Positions 38,064 to 48,969 of a stretch of DNA of 64,000 nucleotides are shown here, one piece after another. The position numbers and the translations under genes are program-made. The stretch is from an uncultured Acidobacteriota bacterium (GTDB taxonomy: Bacteria; Acidobacteriota; Blastocatellia; RBC074): contig CAWCKY010000004.1 in assembly GCA_963796275.1 (NCBI GenBank), forward strand, positions 1,248,001 through 1,312,000. Reading direction: 5' to 3'. The stretch's first letter is position 1, and the number at the start of each line of letters is the position of its first letter. The notes beneath the pieces are model-generated. The model was not told the DNA's origin. It saw nothing but the letters and a program-made list of their open reading frames with translations, and searched no databases.

Positions 38064-40337
38064 TCATTTCACTTCACTCTCCGCCAATATCCGGCGATAC
38101 ACTTGTCGCGCGTGCTCATACGCCGCTTCGGCCTCCGTGCGTTCCTTCGCGGATATCCTGGGAGATTTCTGGCCCCAACATTGATCGACCGCCTTCAAAC
38201 ACCACTCGGCGCTGCGACGGTCAGCGCGGATCGGTTTACCGTCGATGATGACGAATATCGGGTTGGTGTGCGATGAAGGCAGGATACGTAACGCGACCCA
38301 ACTGCTGCGCTCTATCGGTAAGTCAAAAGCGATATCTCGCAGGGTGCCGTCCGCGACGATGTTCTTACGAGCCGCCGGATATCCGTTGATTACGACTTCG
38401 ACCGGCACTTCGCGCGATTGGCCGATGCGCGCCCGTTCGAGGTGCCAGTAAGGTTGCGCGTCATAGCGGCGCTGCCGAATCACATCGTTCGGTCCTTCAT
38501 CAAGCCGCGCCGCAACCTTTGCCGCGACGCGGACGGTCGCAGGATTCCGTAATTTCACTTCACTTCCCTGCGCGCCCGCATGCAGACCATTTATGTTGAA
38601 ATCTACCAGATGGCTCTTACCATCCGAAACGTACGATCGCCCGATGCGCACGCCTTCTACCCAGGCATCGTAATTGAGCTTCCCGTCGAGCTTGACGTAA
38701 CTCCTTCCCAACCCGACACGCTCGCCGTAGATACAGGGGAAGTCGGTCTCGCCGCTGATGCGCGTCCGTAAATCCGCAGTTGAGGGTGTGATACCAGATA
38801 TTGAGCTCCCAGATCGAAGGCGTATCGACGGTTGAAATGAAGTCCACAGCATCGTGTGTTACATCCGACGATGTATTCATTTGCGCCGATGCCGTCGAAC
38901 TTCGGCAACTCGTAATGCGGAAGCTGATCGGTCTTCACCTCCAGCCCCCATCCCGAATGGGCGAAACCGACGACGGCGCCTTGCGCCTTGGCCCATTTGA
39001 GGATGGGCAGATCCCAGGTCGGCCAGTCTTCGAGGACTTTCGTGCCCGGATAATCCTGTTCCTTCAGCCGCAGCAGAACCAGATGCCCGCTGTGGCTCGA
39101 TGGGAAACCCGGAAACTTCGACGTCGTAGCGCATGAGGTTTTCGGCGGTCGAGAGCTTGTTGACCTTCGCCTTCAAAAAACTGCTTTTGATAGTAGTAGC
39201 AGGGTCCCCAGGTCAGCACGGAGCCGACGTTGAGGTCTTCGCCGAGGATGTGGCGGATCATGTCTTCCGGCAAGCACGCCCTCGATCGGAGCCTCGTAGT
39301 GCGCGCAGCCGGCGGCGTGAATGTGGTGATCGCCCGAATACCAGCCGAGCTTCGCCAGTTCGATCCATCGTTCCAGGCGAAATGTGAACGTCTGCGGCTC
39401 GCCTGCGGCAACTTTGATGTTCTGAGTTTTGACCAGATATTCCGGGCCGCGGGTGAATTCGACTCGATAATCGCCCGCAGGAAGTTTTATCTTTTCGCCG
39501 TTCGTGCGGTAGACCTGCGGATGAAAGTGGAAATCGGGCGCAAGCCGCTTGGGCTGTGAGGGATAGACGCGCCCCTGCGCGTCACGAATAGTGAGGGATG
39601 CCGTCGTCGGCCTGTCCGCCTTCATCGAGGACTCGCAGAGTGACGTCCATTGACGGCAGGCAATTGAAGAGGATATCCGTATCGTTGCGAAAACCGATAT
39701 CCTGCGTCCCCTGGCCGACATTGAATCCGAGCTTGGCTTCGCGCTTGCCGGCATCGCGGCTGTAAAGCTGGATGATACGGTATTCGAGCCCGAGGCCGGA
39801 GAGGTGCGGTTTTAACGGAGGCTTGTCGAACATCGAGAGATCGAGCCAGCGGTTCGCCACCTCGCGTTCGGAGAGCGTTTTTTCGGGATGTGGGTTTCGA
39901 CTGGGTGCGCCGAAGACAGGCAGAGCATTCGGGCTCTCGGCCCGGAGCTGCGCCGTAACGCCCGCTTCATTGCGCACCTTGACGAGAAACGTCCGCCATC
40001 CTTTCTCGACGAGGTCCGTTTTGGCCTGACTTTGCGTGACTTTGACGCGGCTCTCCGGGTTGATGTGAACCTCGACCAGACAATATTTGTCGAGCACATC
40101 CTGAATCGCCCTGGCCGCGCGCGCCTGATCGGATTCGCCGATTGCTTTATCGAGCAATTGTTTGTCGGATGCGCTTAATGGTGAGCCCAAATAATCCATT
40201 GCTTCTACCAGGCGACTCACCTGCGCTATGAGCGGTTGCAACTCAACCTGCTCGCCTTTCGAGGCGTGTGAAATGACAACTAATGGTGAGAAGAGAGATA
40301 TCACAAGGCACAGTCGAAATAATGTTGCCTCTTTCAT
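38064..40337 (-). pseudogene. CehA/McbA-family (PHP-like) exported metallohydrolase split by six +1 frameshifts (possibly assembly errors)
   Basis: Joined frames give GWYSGDHHIHAAGCAHY, LTWGPC, VEVSGFPSSHSGH, AHSGWGL, WYHTLNCGF..SGETDFPC. Confidence 0.8.
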
Positions 40338-40771
40338 GCCGGCCCCCTTTGTGAAATTCGGAAAGTTTCTCTGAAGCATGCAAATAAAAGATCATTGAAT
40401 CAATGTTATCGTTTCTGAGCGCCAGAGGCGCGGAATCAGAACTGATAATAACCAACTTTAATTTGCACACTCCTCAGTTATCTGACACAAGAACGTAAAT
40501 GAAATGAAAGATTGGAGAGAAAAGTCAGAACCTCATTGTCTTCCATCCCTATCTCTATGCTCCTTGCATCAAATCCAGTTTGGTGTACGCTGTTTGCTAT
40601 TAAGAGTAACTCAAGCAAAGCACCTGTAAAAGAGTTCGGTCCCCAACGCTGAGGTGTATCGCTTGGCTACAGTTGTATTGAAACTCGTATCCGCACAGCG
40701 ATAACCTTCCAGTCACCGAACAAACCGATCACCTCCAAATCAGATCAACTGCAAATTATGGAGGTAATTCC

Positions 40772-42169
40772 ATGTTCTGTCGAAGAATTAAGCTCACTAT
40801 ACTAATTTGCCTGGCCGCGATCTTCATCTTTTCGGTCTCTGCTCAGGAACAACAGAAGAGAGAATCCAGCTATCTTCCGGTAGACATCAATGAGCCGTTT
40901 GCGACGATACTGTCGAGGATGAAGGCGGCTAAAGCCGGTGTTATGAGCCGGCAGATGGCGCTGCTCAACGAGCGTTATGATCTCTCCAAGCGCGTCTCGA
41001 ACGATGTGAAGATGTCGCGGGGCAAACCGATTCCCGTCGGACCGACAGCCAGACTCGCGGGTGGTCTAACCTGGGAAGCGCTGGGGTCGATGTCACCGGA
41101 AGAGATAAGGGAGAAGGGAGTCTTCCCGAAGGGTTACCTGCCGCTGCCCCATCCGAATCAACCGGAAGGCGGCATGCTCTTTCCCAAGATGATGATCGAT
41201 GAACTGGTCAAAATGGGGGACGGCAACCGTCTGGAACGCTTCGATCTCGATTTCGATATACCGGAACATTTTCTGCCCGAGTTTCCCCCAGCGATCTTCC
41301 TGACCACGCGCCCCGACCTGGGAGATGTTTCGCAGGGCAAGCTTGTCACTTTGGACAATTTCTTCGAACTGTTTAACGGCATTCTCAATCCCAAACAAAT
41401 CGAAGGGTTCCGTCTCCTTATAACACAGTTTACCCAGCAGCAGTTCAACAACACCGCGGATCGTCGTACGGAGAGGCCGAGCCGCGGAGTGACCTGTTTC
41501 GACTGCCACGTCAACGGTCACACCAATGGAGCGACGCACCTGGTCGGCGACATCCGCCCGCAGGCACATCGTCGCCGGATCGATACTCCCAGCCTGCGCG
41601 GGGTCAACATTCAGCGTCTGTTCGGTTCACAGCGCGCCCTGCGCTCGGTCGAAGATTTCACTGAGTTCGAGCAGCGGGCCGCATACTTCGATGGCGATCC
41701 GGTCATCGCCACCAAGAAAGGTGTCAACCCGCTGGAGCGCGGAAGTCAGGTGCAAGACATGTCAGAAGTGCAGGAACTGTTCGACTTTCCGCCCACGCCG
41801 AAGTTAAACATCTACGGCCGGTTGGATCCGGCAAAGGCCAGTCAGGCGGAGATGCGCGGCGAGGCGCTCTTTTTCGGTAAGGCCAATTGCGCGATCTGCC
41901 ATACACCGCCGTACTACACCGACAATCTTATGCACAATCTGAAGGTAGAGCGTTTTTACAAGCCGCAGATGATCAACGGAATGATGGCGACGGCGCAAGG
42001 CCCCATCAAGACCTTTACGCTCCGAGGCATTAAGGAATCGCCGCCGTATCTGCACGATGGGCGATTACTTACACTGGAGGACGTCGTCGAGTTCTTCAAC
42101 ATCGTCCAGGAATTGAAACTGAGCAAGGAGGAGAAGGCCGATATCGTCGCCTTCTTGCGCGCGCTATAA
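40772..42169 (+). CDS. Exported di-heme c-type cytochrome (cytochrome c peroxidase/MauG superfamily)
   Basis: Signal peptide; CFDCH and CAICH; DTPSLRG, RGEALFFGKANC, KTFTLRG..SPPYLHDG. Confidence 0.85.
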   Translation: MFCRRIKLTILICLAAIFIFSVSAQEQQKRESSYLPVDINEPFATILSRMKAAKAGVMSRQMALLNERYDLSKRVSNDVKMSRGKPIPVGPTARLAGGLTWEALGSMSPEEIREKGVFPKGYLPLPHPNQPEGGMLFPKMMIDELVKMGDGNRLERFDLDFDIPEHFLPEFPPAIFLTTRPDLGDVSQGKLVTLDNFFELFNGILNPKQIEGFRLLITQFTQQQFNNTADRRTERPSRGVTCFDCHVNGHTNGATHLVGDIRPQAHRRRIDTPSLRGVNIQRLFGSQRALRSVEDFTEFEQRAAYFDGDPVIATKKGVNPLERGSQVQDMSEVQELFDFPPTPKLNIYGRLDPAKASQAEMRGEALFFGKANCAICHTPPYYTDNLMHNLKVERFYKPQMINGMMATAQGPIKTFTLRGIKESPPYLHDGRLLTLEDVVEFFNIVQELKLSKEEKADIVAFLRAL

Positions 42170-42277
42170 ACGAAAGGGTCACCGGAAAAATCACAAAGTG
42201 GACATAAAAAACAGGACTGAGATAGATTCGATCATTCCCCTTTTCTTCCTCTTTGTGATTTTTGTATCTCTACGCGG

Positions 42278-43402
42278 CTAATTTCCGATTTTGAACTCCC
42301 CGGACTCCGGCCGCTTATGTTCGCGCACCCAATTAAGCAATTCATCGAACGCCCCTATTGTTTGGGGCAGCGTAAAATCGCAGTGTTTGCGTGCTACCAC
42401 ATACTTGGCGACGAACAGATCCTGCGTCCCCGCGATTCTCGCGATTGATCCATAGGCGCTGACGTATCTTCCGGGAATCAGCGGATCGTAGGTCGTGTGG
42501 AGGGTAAGCACCGGATCGGAGACTCGGCCAGTCGGCGTGTAGTACTGGCGCAGATAATCCCTGGCTTTCGCATCGGCGGTGTATCTTTTGACTCCCCGGT
42601 TGACCTCAGCGTTGTCATCGAAACCGTCGTAGATCGTATCGCGGTTATCAAACGGGTTTCCTCCGCTGCGCGCCTGCAGTTCGCGGTTGATTTCGTAGAA
42701 GAAAGCCAGGACGTTCGGAAGTTCATTGACTGTGGCTATGCTGTATCGCCTGGCGAACATCGCGGCCTTCTCGGGGGCAGCATCCAGCGCAGCCTGAACC
42801 TTTTTGCGATCGAGCCTCGCGATGCCGGTTATCTTCACCAGGGGCCCGATGGTTCCGGGAAAGTGATAATCGAAAGTCACAAGCATATCGAAGATGCGCT
42901 CCTGGAACCCATTCAGGATGACATCGAGCGGTCCGCAGAGAGGCATTGCGCCATTATAACTTTCGGGATATTTCTCGATGGTTGCCAATGTTATGACGGC
43001 TCCCATCGAATGTCCCATAATGAAGGTTTCGCGCGGCTGCCCATATTTTGCGATGAAATGGCGGCGAAGCGCCTCCGTATCCTCGATGGCCTCTTTGACA
43101 GCCCAGCCCTGCGCGCGGTACCCCGAGAGCGCGAAGGCAAAGCCACGCGTAACGAATGCGCTGCGCAGCAGATTGAGCCTCACGTCCTTGAGATTCGGTT
43201 TGGTTCCGGCCAATTGATATCCGTGGCAATAAAGCACCAGCACTTTGTTCCAATTGCTCGGAACTTCGATCTGAAATGGCGCGCCGTTAAGCGAATCTGT
43301 TTCGACTGTCTTCTCCGGCTTCGCAGCTCCATTATCTTGGGCAATGACAAATGGACTGATGATACCGACGAGAAATAATGTGGCAATCATCGACTTTCTC
43401 AT
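42278..43402 (-). CDS. Exported alpha/beta hydrolase
   Basis: Signal peptide from MRKSMI; CHGY oxyanion loop, GHSMG nucleophile, DPLIP, HCDF. Confidence 0.85.
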   Translation of the reverse strand: MRKSMIATLFLVGIISPFVIAQDNGAAKPEKTVETDSLNGAPFQIEVPSNWNKVLVLYCHGYQLAGTKPNLKDVRLNLLRSAFVTRGFAFALSGYRAQGWAVKEAIEDTEALRRHFIAKYGQPRETFIMGHSMGAVITLATIEKYPESYNGAMPLCGPLDVILNGFQERIFDMLVTFDYHFPGTIGPLVKITGIARLDRKKVQAALDAAPEKAAMFARRYSIATVNELPNVLAFFYEINRELQARSGGNPFDNRDTIYDGFDDNAEVNRGVKRYTADAKARDYLRQYYTPTGRVSDPVLTLHTTYDPLIPGRYVSAYGSIARIAGTQDLFVAKYVVARKHCDFTLPQTIGAFDELLNWVREHKRPESGEFKIGN

Positions 43403-43484
43403 AGAGTGATTATTCCCTCTCCTTCCTTTTCTGCCTTTTGATGATCTTCTGTGATTTTTGGTGGCCTCTTTTCCTTTGTCACAC

Positions 43485-44918
43485 CTACTCATTCACGACC
43501 ACCGTGGCTCCGAATTCCCTCCGCTTCTGCAAGCGATAGTAAAAGTATAACGGTAAACCGAGCACGATCAATACCAGGCCGGCCACCGATTCAACCGGAC
43601 GGTTGAACAACGTATTGATAATCAACCAAAAAGCGACGATGACGAAGATCAACGGCATGAGAGGATAGCCGAGAGTTTTATATGGCCGTTCCGCATCCGG
43701 CATTTTGCGACGCAGCACGAAGACCGATGAGGTCACCAGCCCGTAAAAAATCCAGGACGCAAACAGTAGACAATCGGTCAATTGATCGAACGTCCCCGAG
43801 AGCGCGAGCACACACGACCAGAAGCCCTGAATCAGAATGGCGATGACCGGCACGCGCGTTCTCGCACTCAATCCCGCCATATTCTGAAAGAAGATGCCGT
43901 CGCGCGCCATCGCATAAGGCACCCGGGCATTCGAAAGGATCGATCCGTTCAACGCGCCGATCGCCGAGATCACGAAGGCGAGAGCAACGATGCGGCCTCC
44001 ATTTTCTCCCAGGAAACTCTGTGATGCCTTGGCCGCCACCGGCAAGGCTTCGCGATGAATAGTCGAATTTGATGTGACCACCTCACCAAAAGGCAAGGCA
44101 TAGAAATATGCCAGGTTCGCCAGACAGTAGATCAGCATTACGACAATCATTCCCCCGATCAACGCGCGCGGGATGTTGCGCCCGGGGTTCTGCACTTCAC
44201 CCGATGCCATCGGCATATTGTTCCATCCGTCATATGCCCAGAGTGCGGCGAGCATCGCCGTGCCGAAGGCTGCGAATCCGCTCCAGGCCGGCGCGCCGGC
44301 GGGATTAGCCAGATTGCTCCAGGTCACCTCCGGCGCGAAAAAAAAGACGCCGCCGATGACGAGGAGGATGCCGGCAATCTTCAGCACCGTCAGCACCGAT
44401 TGAACTTTGCCGCCAAAAGCTACGGTCAGGCAGTTGATCCCCGATAGCAAAAGGATGACACCGACGGCGACCAGCTGTTTTGCGCCGAACTGCCAGTTGA
44501 TGTCTTGACCGAACAGAGAAAACTGTCGCTGCGCCCAGACGGTATTGAGCGGCAGGAATGCGGCTAGAAAAATGGCAAAGCCGGTTCCCAGACTCGCGAT
44601 AGAAGCGCTGCCGGCCACGATAAATCGCTGCCAGCCGAAGAGAAATGCCGCACCCTCGCCGTAAGAATGGCGAAGGTAAACATATTCTCCGCCGGCCTGC
44701 GGCAGCATTGCGCCGAGCTCAGCGTAAGTGAGCGCGCCCGCGAGCGAGAGCAATCCGGCTGCGACCCACGCGGCCATTACCAGCATCGGCGTGCCGGTAT
44801 CCTGCGCCATCGGCGCGGTTTTGAGAAACACGCCTGTTCCGATCACCGTCCCGATCACAAGCGCCGTCGTGTCAGTCAGGGTGAGACCGCGAATAAGTTG
44901 ATCTTTTGCATCAGCCAT
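43485..44918 (-). CDS. APC-family amino acid permease
   Basis: [31 protein letters not shown]. Confidence 0.93.
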   Translation of the reverse strand: MADAKDQLIRGLTLTDTTALVIGTVIGTGVFLKTAPMAQDTGTPMLVMAAWVAAGLLSLAGALTYAELGAMLPQAGGEYVYLRHSYGEGAAFLFGWQRFIVAGSASIASLGTGFAIFLAAFLPLNTVWAQRQFSLFGQDINWQFGAKQLVAVGVILLLSGINCLTVAFGGKVQSVLTVLKIAGILLVIGGVFFFAPEVTWSNLANPAGAPAWSGFAAFGTAMLAALWAYDGWNNMPMASGEVQNPGRNIPRALIGGMIVVMLIYCLANLAYFYALPFGEVVTSNSTIHREALPVAAKASQSFLGENGGRIVALAFVISAIGALNGSILSNARVPYAMARDGIFFQNMAGLSARTRVPVIAILIQGFWSCVLALSGTFDQLTDCLLFASWIFYGLVTSSVFVLRRKMPDAERPYKTLGYPLMPLIFVIVAFWLIINTLFNRPVESVAGLVLIVLGLPLYFYYRLQKRREFGATVVVNE

Positions 44919-45113
44919 ATGGTTAGATTAATTTGCACATTGAATTCGAGTTGTCTGGTGCGAGATTTTCACCGAACTGTGACGAAAAGAAAAGAAAGGA
45001 GAGTGTGGAAAAAGCGGAATTAACGGATACATGGTGCTCCGGTTGCGTCTGTAAAATCGCGTGATAAACCGATCCTCATTTCTCAAAGACCGGTGGCTCG
45101 GTTGCAGGGGGTC

Positions 45114-45623
45114 TTACACAACGCCGAACTCTGGAAGATATTTCACCAGACCCTGCTTTCCACTCAACGCTCCCGGCTTCAATTCCGCCACCATAAAGGA
45201 TTCATCCGGAACCGGAAATTCACAGCGGAACCCTTTCTCTTTCGCCACGGTGAACCCAAAACGAGGATAGTATTCGGGATGACCAACCACAAAGACGATG
45301 TCGTGGCCTATGCGCTGGCATTCCATCAGTCCCTCCTGAATCAAACGGGAACCGATGCCGCGTTTGTGAAATTCAGGTAGAACGGCCAGCGGTGCGAGAC
45401 CCATGGCTGTAAATATGTCCCCCGCTGATTCAACTGAGACGGGGCTGAAAAATATATGTCCGATGATCCGATTATCCTGGACTGCAATGAGTGAAATCTG
45501 CGGAGAGGCAGTATCTCGCAACGCATCGAATAATTCCGCTTCATTGGCTTGTCCGAAGGCCGACTCGATGACGGAATGAACTTCCGAATGATCTTCTATT
45601 GTTTCGGCACGAATGATTACCAT
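45114..45623 (-). CDS. GNAT N-acetyltransferase (YhbS-like)
   Basis: GHIFFSPV, LAPLAVLPEFHKRGIGS, VGHPEYYPRFGF. Confidence 0.9.
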   Translation of the reverse strand: MVIIRAETIEDHSEVHSVIESAFGQANEAELFDALRDTASPQISLIAVQDNRIIGHIFFSPVSVESAGDIFTAMGLAPLAVLPEFHKRGIGSRLIQEGLMECQRIGHDIVFVVGHPEYYPRFGFTVAKEKGFRCEFPVPDESFMVAELKPGALSGKQGLVKYLPEFGVV

Positions 45624-45818
45624 CTACTCAATGATCTCCTGAACTCTGCCTACCTCACCGGTTTCGAGGCGAACCTTTATCCCGTGCGGGTGATGAGAGG
45701 AGTTGGTTAAAATATCTTTGACGATACCGCGAGTTCTCTTCCCGCTACGCTGATCCTGTTTCATGACTATTTCTACTTTGAGCCCCGGTTTTATTTCTTT
45801 CCTGCTCTGGCCGCCCAT
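45624..45818 (-). CDS. YwbE family protein
   Basis: KQDQRSGKRTRGIVKDILTNSSHHPHGIKVRLETGEVGRV. Confidence 0.9.
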   Translation of the reverse strand: MGGQSRKEIKPGLKVEIVMKQDQRSGKRTRGIVKDILTNSSHHPHGIKVRLETGEVGRVQEIIE

Positions 45819-45825
45819 TTATATG

Positions 45826-46593
45826 TTAGCCCTCCTTCCTCGCAACTACCACTGTCACCGGATACGCATAATGAATTTCAGCTCCTCGCATATGGGCGCC
45901 GAGTCCCAACCGATCGATTCCGATGTCATCTCTCAATAGTTGCCGTAATAATTCATCATCTCCCGGATTGGGAAAAGACGCAGCCAATTGGCTCTCTAGT
46001 TCCATCTCCATTTTGTAAAACGACTGGCTCATATGACGAAGTCCTGCTTTCCTGACAAGCACTTGCATCTCTTCCATGGTCAACGCACGATTGTGCGATG
46101 GGTCTAACAGTTTTTCAAACCGATTGTAGGCTGCGATTTTCTCGGGCGGCAGCACTGCATCGATAATCATCACTCTTCCACCCGGCTGACAGACCCGCGC
46201 CATTTCTCTTATTACACAGTCGGGATTTAAAAAATGATGAAAAGCGTATCGGCTCAGTACTACGGAAAAGCTGTTCTCAGAAAAAGGCAATGTTTCTATG
46301 TCTCCCTGATACCAGGAGAGATTAGCCAAATTCCGTTGCTGCGCTAGCGATCTCGCTTGTTCAAGCATGGCAGACGTCAGATCGATGCCGCTTACATGAC
46401 CGGCGACATGCGCAAAAGCGCAGGCGACCATTCCCGTCCCGCAAGCCACATCCAAGACGGTATCCTCACCGGATAAATCTGCCAAATCCAGCAGTAAACG
46501 CAGCGATTCTTCATTTGCATGACCTGACGACTGAGCAAATTGGACGGCCTGGAGCGTAAATTGATCAATAGTGATTTTTTGATGTTCATTCAT
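45826..46593 (-). CDS. Class I SAM-dependent methyltransferase
   Basis: VLDVACGTG, GIDLT, LPF..FSVVLSRYAFHH, RVCQPGG. Confidence 0.9.
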   Translation of the reverse strand: MNEHQKITIDQFTLQAVQFAQSSGHANEESLRLLLDLADLSGEDTVLDVACGTGMVACAFAHVAGHVSGIDLTSAMLEQARSLAQQRNLANLSWYQGDIETLPFSENSFSVVLSRYAFHHFLNPDCVIREMARVCQPGGRVMIIDAVLPPEKIAAYNRFEKLLDPSHNRALTMEEMQVLVRKAGLRHMSQSFYKMEMELESQLAASFPNPGDDELLRQLLRDDIGIDRLGLGAHMRGAEIHYAYPVTVVVARKEG

Positions 46594-46670
46594 GGCTTTA
46601 TGCGATCGAGGATATGCGACATAGTACTCTGTAAACTAAGTTATTTAATGTTTAAATGGCGCTTCAAGTT

Positions 46671-47013
46671 CGAAACAGTACCGCGAGCGGTAGCGAGCGT
46701 GTCTCAATCAACTGAAGCGTGTGCAAATTAAAATCCAACAGAATCAATAGTCTCGCATCTCAGCGCCGGAGGTGCGTAATGTCTATAGCTCACGATCCTA
46801 ACCATAACCTGAGCTCCGGGAGGAGCGACATATGAATGCCTACATCTCGCTCCGCCGGAGCTCGTGAGACTTTTTATGATCGAATACTAGAAACATCGCG
46901 CGCGCCGCTGGCGCTCAGGTCCGAAAATGCTGACTCCAATTATCTTTTATTTGCACAGTCTTCAATCAACTGGCTCGGGTACAACGCTCGCTACCGCTCG
47001 CGGTACTGTTTCG
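46671..47013. repeat. REP pair with perfect 30-bp inverted arms enclosing a nested MITE-like insert
   Basis: cgaaacagtaccgcgagcggtagcgagcgt (46671-46700) is the reverse complement of 46984-47013. Confidence 0.9.
46715..46962. mobile_element. Non-autonomous MITE-like element with a 10-bp target-site duplication
   Basis: Direct repeat CAATCAACTG at 46705-46714 and 46963-46972; imperfect TIRs aagcgtgtgcaaat / aagactgtgcaaat; no transposase. Confidence 0.65.
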
Positions 47014-47044
47014 TCGACTATCAAGAAACTTATTTAACGGAGTA

Positions 47045-48439
47045 CTAAGGTCTTATCACTGTGCCATCTTTTCTCCTCGTCGTCCCCCAACTGTAATCGA
47101 AATTCGGCGGTCCATCCGGGAACGGGAATTTCGCGGCCAATTTTTCATCGATGTCGATGCCCAACCCCGGAGCTTCCCGCGCAAGCATATAGCCGTTCTT
47201 CACCTCCGGACAGCCCGGGAAGACTTCTTTCGTGTTTTGCTGAAAGATATGGCCCTCGTGGATACCGAAGTTGTAGCTTGCGAGCTCGAGCGCGAGCTGC
47301 GCTGCGTGCGCTACCGGCGAAGCATCGCCGGGGCCGTGCCAGGCTGTCTTCACGCCGAAAAACTCCGAAAAAGCCTGCACCTTTCGCGCCGGACTCAATC
47401 CCCCGATCTGCGAAATATGGATACGGATGAAGTCTATCAGACGATCTTTGATCAAAGGCACATACTCGTGCTGTGTATTGAAAAGCTCGCCCATCGCCAA
47501 TGGCGTGGTGGTCTGCTGTCGCAGAAGCTTGAAATGCTCGTTCTCTTCGGGCGGGAATGGGTCTTCGAGAAAGAAGAGATGATAAGGTTCGAGCGCCTTG
47601 CAGAGCTGAATTCCCTGGGAGAGCGTCACCCGCTCATGGACATCGTGCAGCAGCTCGATCTCCTCGCCCAGCTTGGCCCTCAGATGTTCGAAGAGCTTCG
47701 GCAACATCCTCACGTAAGGTTTAGGTTCCCAGATCGCTTTCGGATTGGTCGGACCGATCACCTCGGCTGGCTGATTCGCCTGAGAAGCTTGTCCTCTCGC
47801 GCCATAAGTCGCATAACCCGGTGTCGCAGCCTGCACGCGAATGTGGCGATAGCCGAGGTCCATTCCCTTGCGCGCGTTGGCCTCGACTTCCTGAAAATCG
47901 CGCCCGCTTGCGTGGAAATAGAGATCGGCCCCATGCCGCACTTTGCCGCCGAGCAGTTGATAGAGAGGCATTCCCGCGCGCTTGCCTTTGATATCCCAGA
48001 GGGCGATATCGACTCCGCTCATGGCATTGAAAAGCACCGGGCCATTGCGCCAGTACGAACTGACGTAGGATGATTGCCAGATGTCTTCTATTTCATCCGC
48101 GTCGCGCCCGATCAGGAATGGCTTGAGGTATTTTTCAACGGCAGTCTGAACGACATAGGCGCGCTGCGTAAAGGTAGCGCAGCCCACCCCATAAAGGCCC
48201 GGCTCGCTCGTCTCGACCTTGATTATGACCAGACGAATCCTGTCCGGCGCGGTCAAGATCGTCTTGACATCGGTGATCTTGATGGGCGGCAATCCGCGCC
48301 GCCACTGGTTGTTGGACGCCGATTGATTCTGCGCCAGGGCTTCCGACGCAGAACCGCCCTGTGGGAGTGATGTGATGAGGTTTGCGCCACCGGCCGCGGC
48401 AGCGATAGATATTTTGTGTAATGCGTCACGGCGATTCAT
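47045..48439 (-). CDS. Enolase-superfamily sugar-acid dehydratase (RspA/ManD-like) with a Tat signal
   Basis: MNRRDALHK leader; GCATFTQR, YWRNGPV, DIALWDIKGK, LLHDVHER, FLEDP, MGEL, TAWHGPGD. Confidence 0.88.
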   Translation of the reverse strand: MNRRDALHKISIAAAAGGANLITSLPQGGSASEALAQNQSASNNQWRRGLPPIKITDVKTILTAPDRIRLVIIKVETSEPGLYGVGCATFTQRAYVVQTAVEKYLKPFLIGRDADEIEDIWQSSYVSSYWRNGPVLFNAMSGVDIALWDIKGKRAGMPLYQLLGGKVRHGADLYFHASGRDFQEVEANARKGMDLGYRHIRVQAATPGYATYGARGQASQANQPAEVIGPTNPKAIWEPKPYVRMLPKLFEHLRAKLGEEIELLHDVHERVTLSQGIQLCKALEPYHLFFLEDPFPPEENEHFKLLRQQTTTPLAMGELFNTQHEYVPLIKDRLIDFIRIHISQIGGLSPARKVQAFSEFFGVKTAWHGPGDASPVAHAAQLALELASYNFGIHEGHIFQQNTKEVFPGCPEVKNGYMLAREAPGLGIDIDEKLAAKFPFPDGPPNFDYSWGTTRRKDGTVIRP

Positions 48440-48593
48440 ATATAACCCTCTTAAAATATTATCGTATCTCTCTGTGACCACATCTCCGAGGCATACTCTT
48501 TTGCAGCCATCGAGTGGACCCGGCTATACGGCCTTGATATCTGCTACAATTTACCGTGTCGGCCACCTCTCAAACTATGGGAGAGGTACGACC

Positions 48594-48938
48594 ATGAACG
48601 CGACTATCAATCCGGATTTTCGTGATCTACAGCAAAAAGTCGAGGAGTTGCAAATAACTTTGGCAAATTCCCAAGGCGAAATCGCTATCATAAAACATAA
48701 CAGTGAGAGAAATGACAGACAAACGATCACACAGTTCGTCATCTTCACTGTCACGATGCTGATAGCCGTTGTGTCTTGTCTGATCGGAACCAGCATCTTC
48801 CAGACCGACGCCTTGCGGCGCGAAATGAATGCGAAATTCGAGACCGTCAACCAGCGAATCGACTCGGTTGATAAGAGAATGGAGAGGCTGGAGAGATCAC
48901 TCGAAGAGATTAGAAAAGAGATAGCCTCTCAAAAATGA
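48594..48938 (+). CDS. Small coiled-coil protein with a central TM helix
   Basis: GGAGAGG RBS; heptad-rich flanks around FVIFTVTMLIAVVSCLIG. Confidence 0.6.
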   Translation: MNATINPDFRDLQQKVEELQITLANSQGEIAIIKHNSERNDRQTITQFVIFTVTMLIAVVSCLIGTSIFQTDALRREMNAKFETVNQRIDSVDKRMERLERSLEEIRKEIASQK

Positions 48939-48969
48939 TCCTCATCGCCCCTCACAATCCCTGTAACTC

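Noticed and set aside
38064-40337. Programmed frameshifting, or several separate small genes
   Set aside because: The six sites share no slippery motif, and the fragments join into one conserved protein; assembly error or decay is simpler
40578-40600. Sigma54 promoter upstream of the di-heme cytochrome (TTGGTGTACGCTGTTTGCT)
   Set aside because: The GG-to-GC spacing is off by two bases
46836-47048. Small ORFs over repeats (also 30125-30472, 33721-33990, 33809-34021, 58079-58345)
   Set aside because: They are translations of REP or heptamer repeats, or antisense overlaps, with no coding evidence
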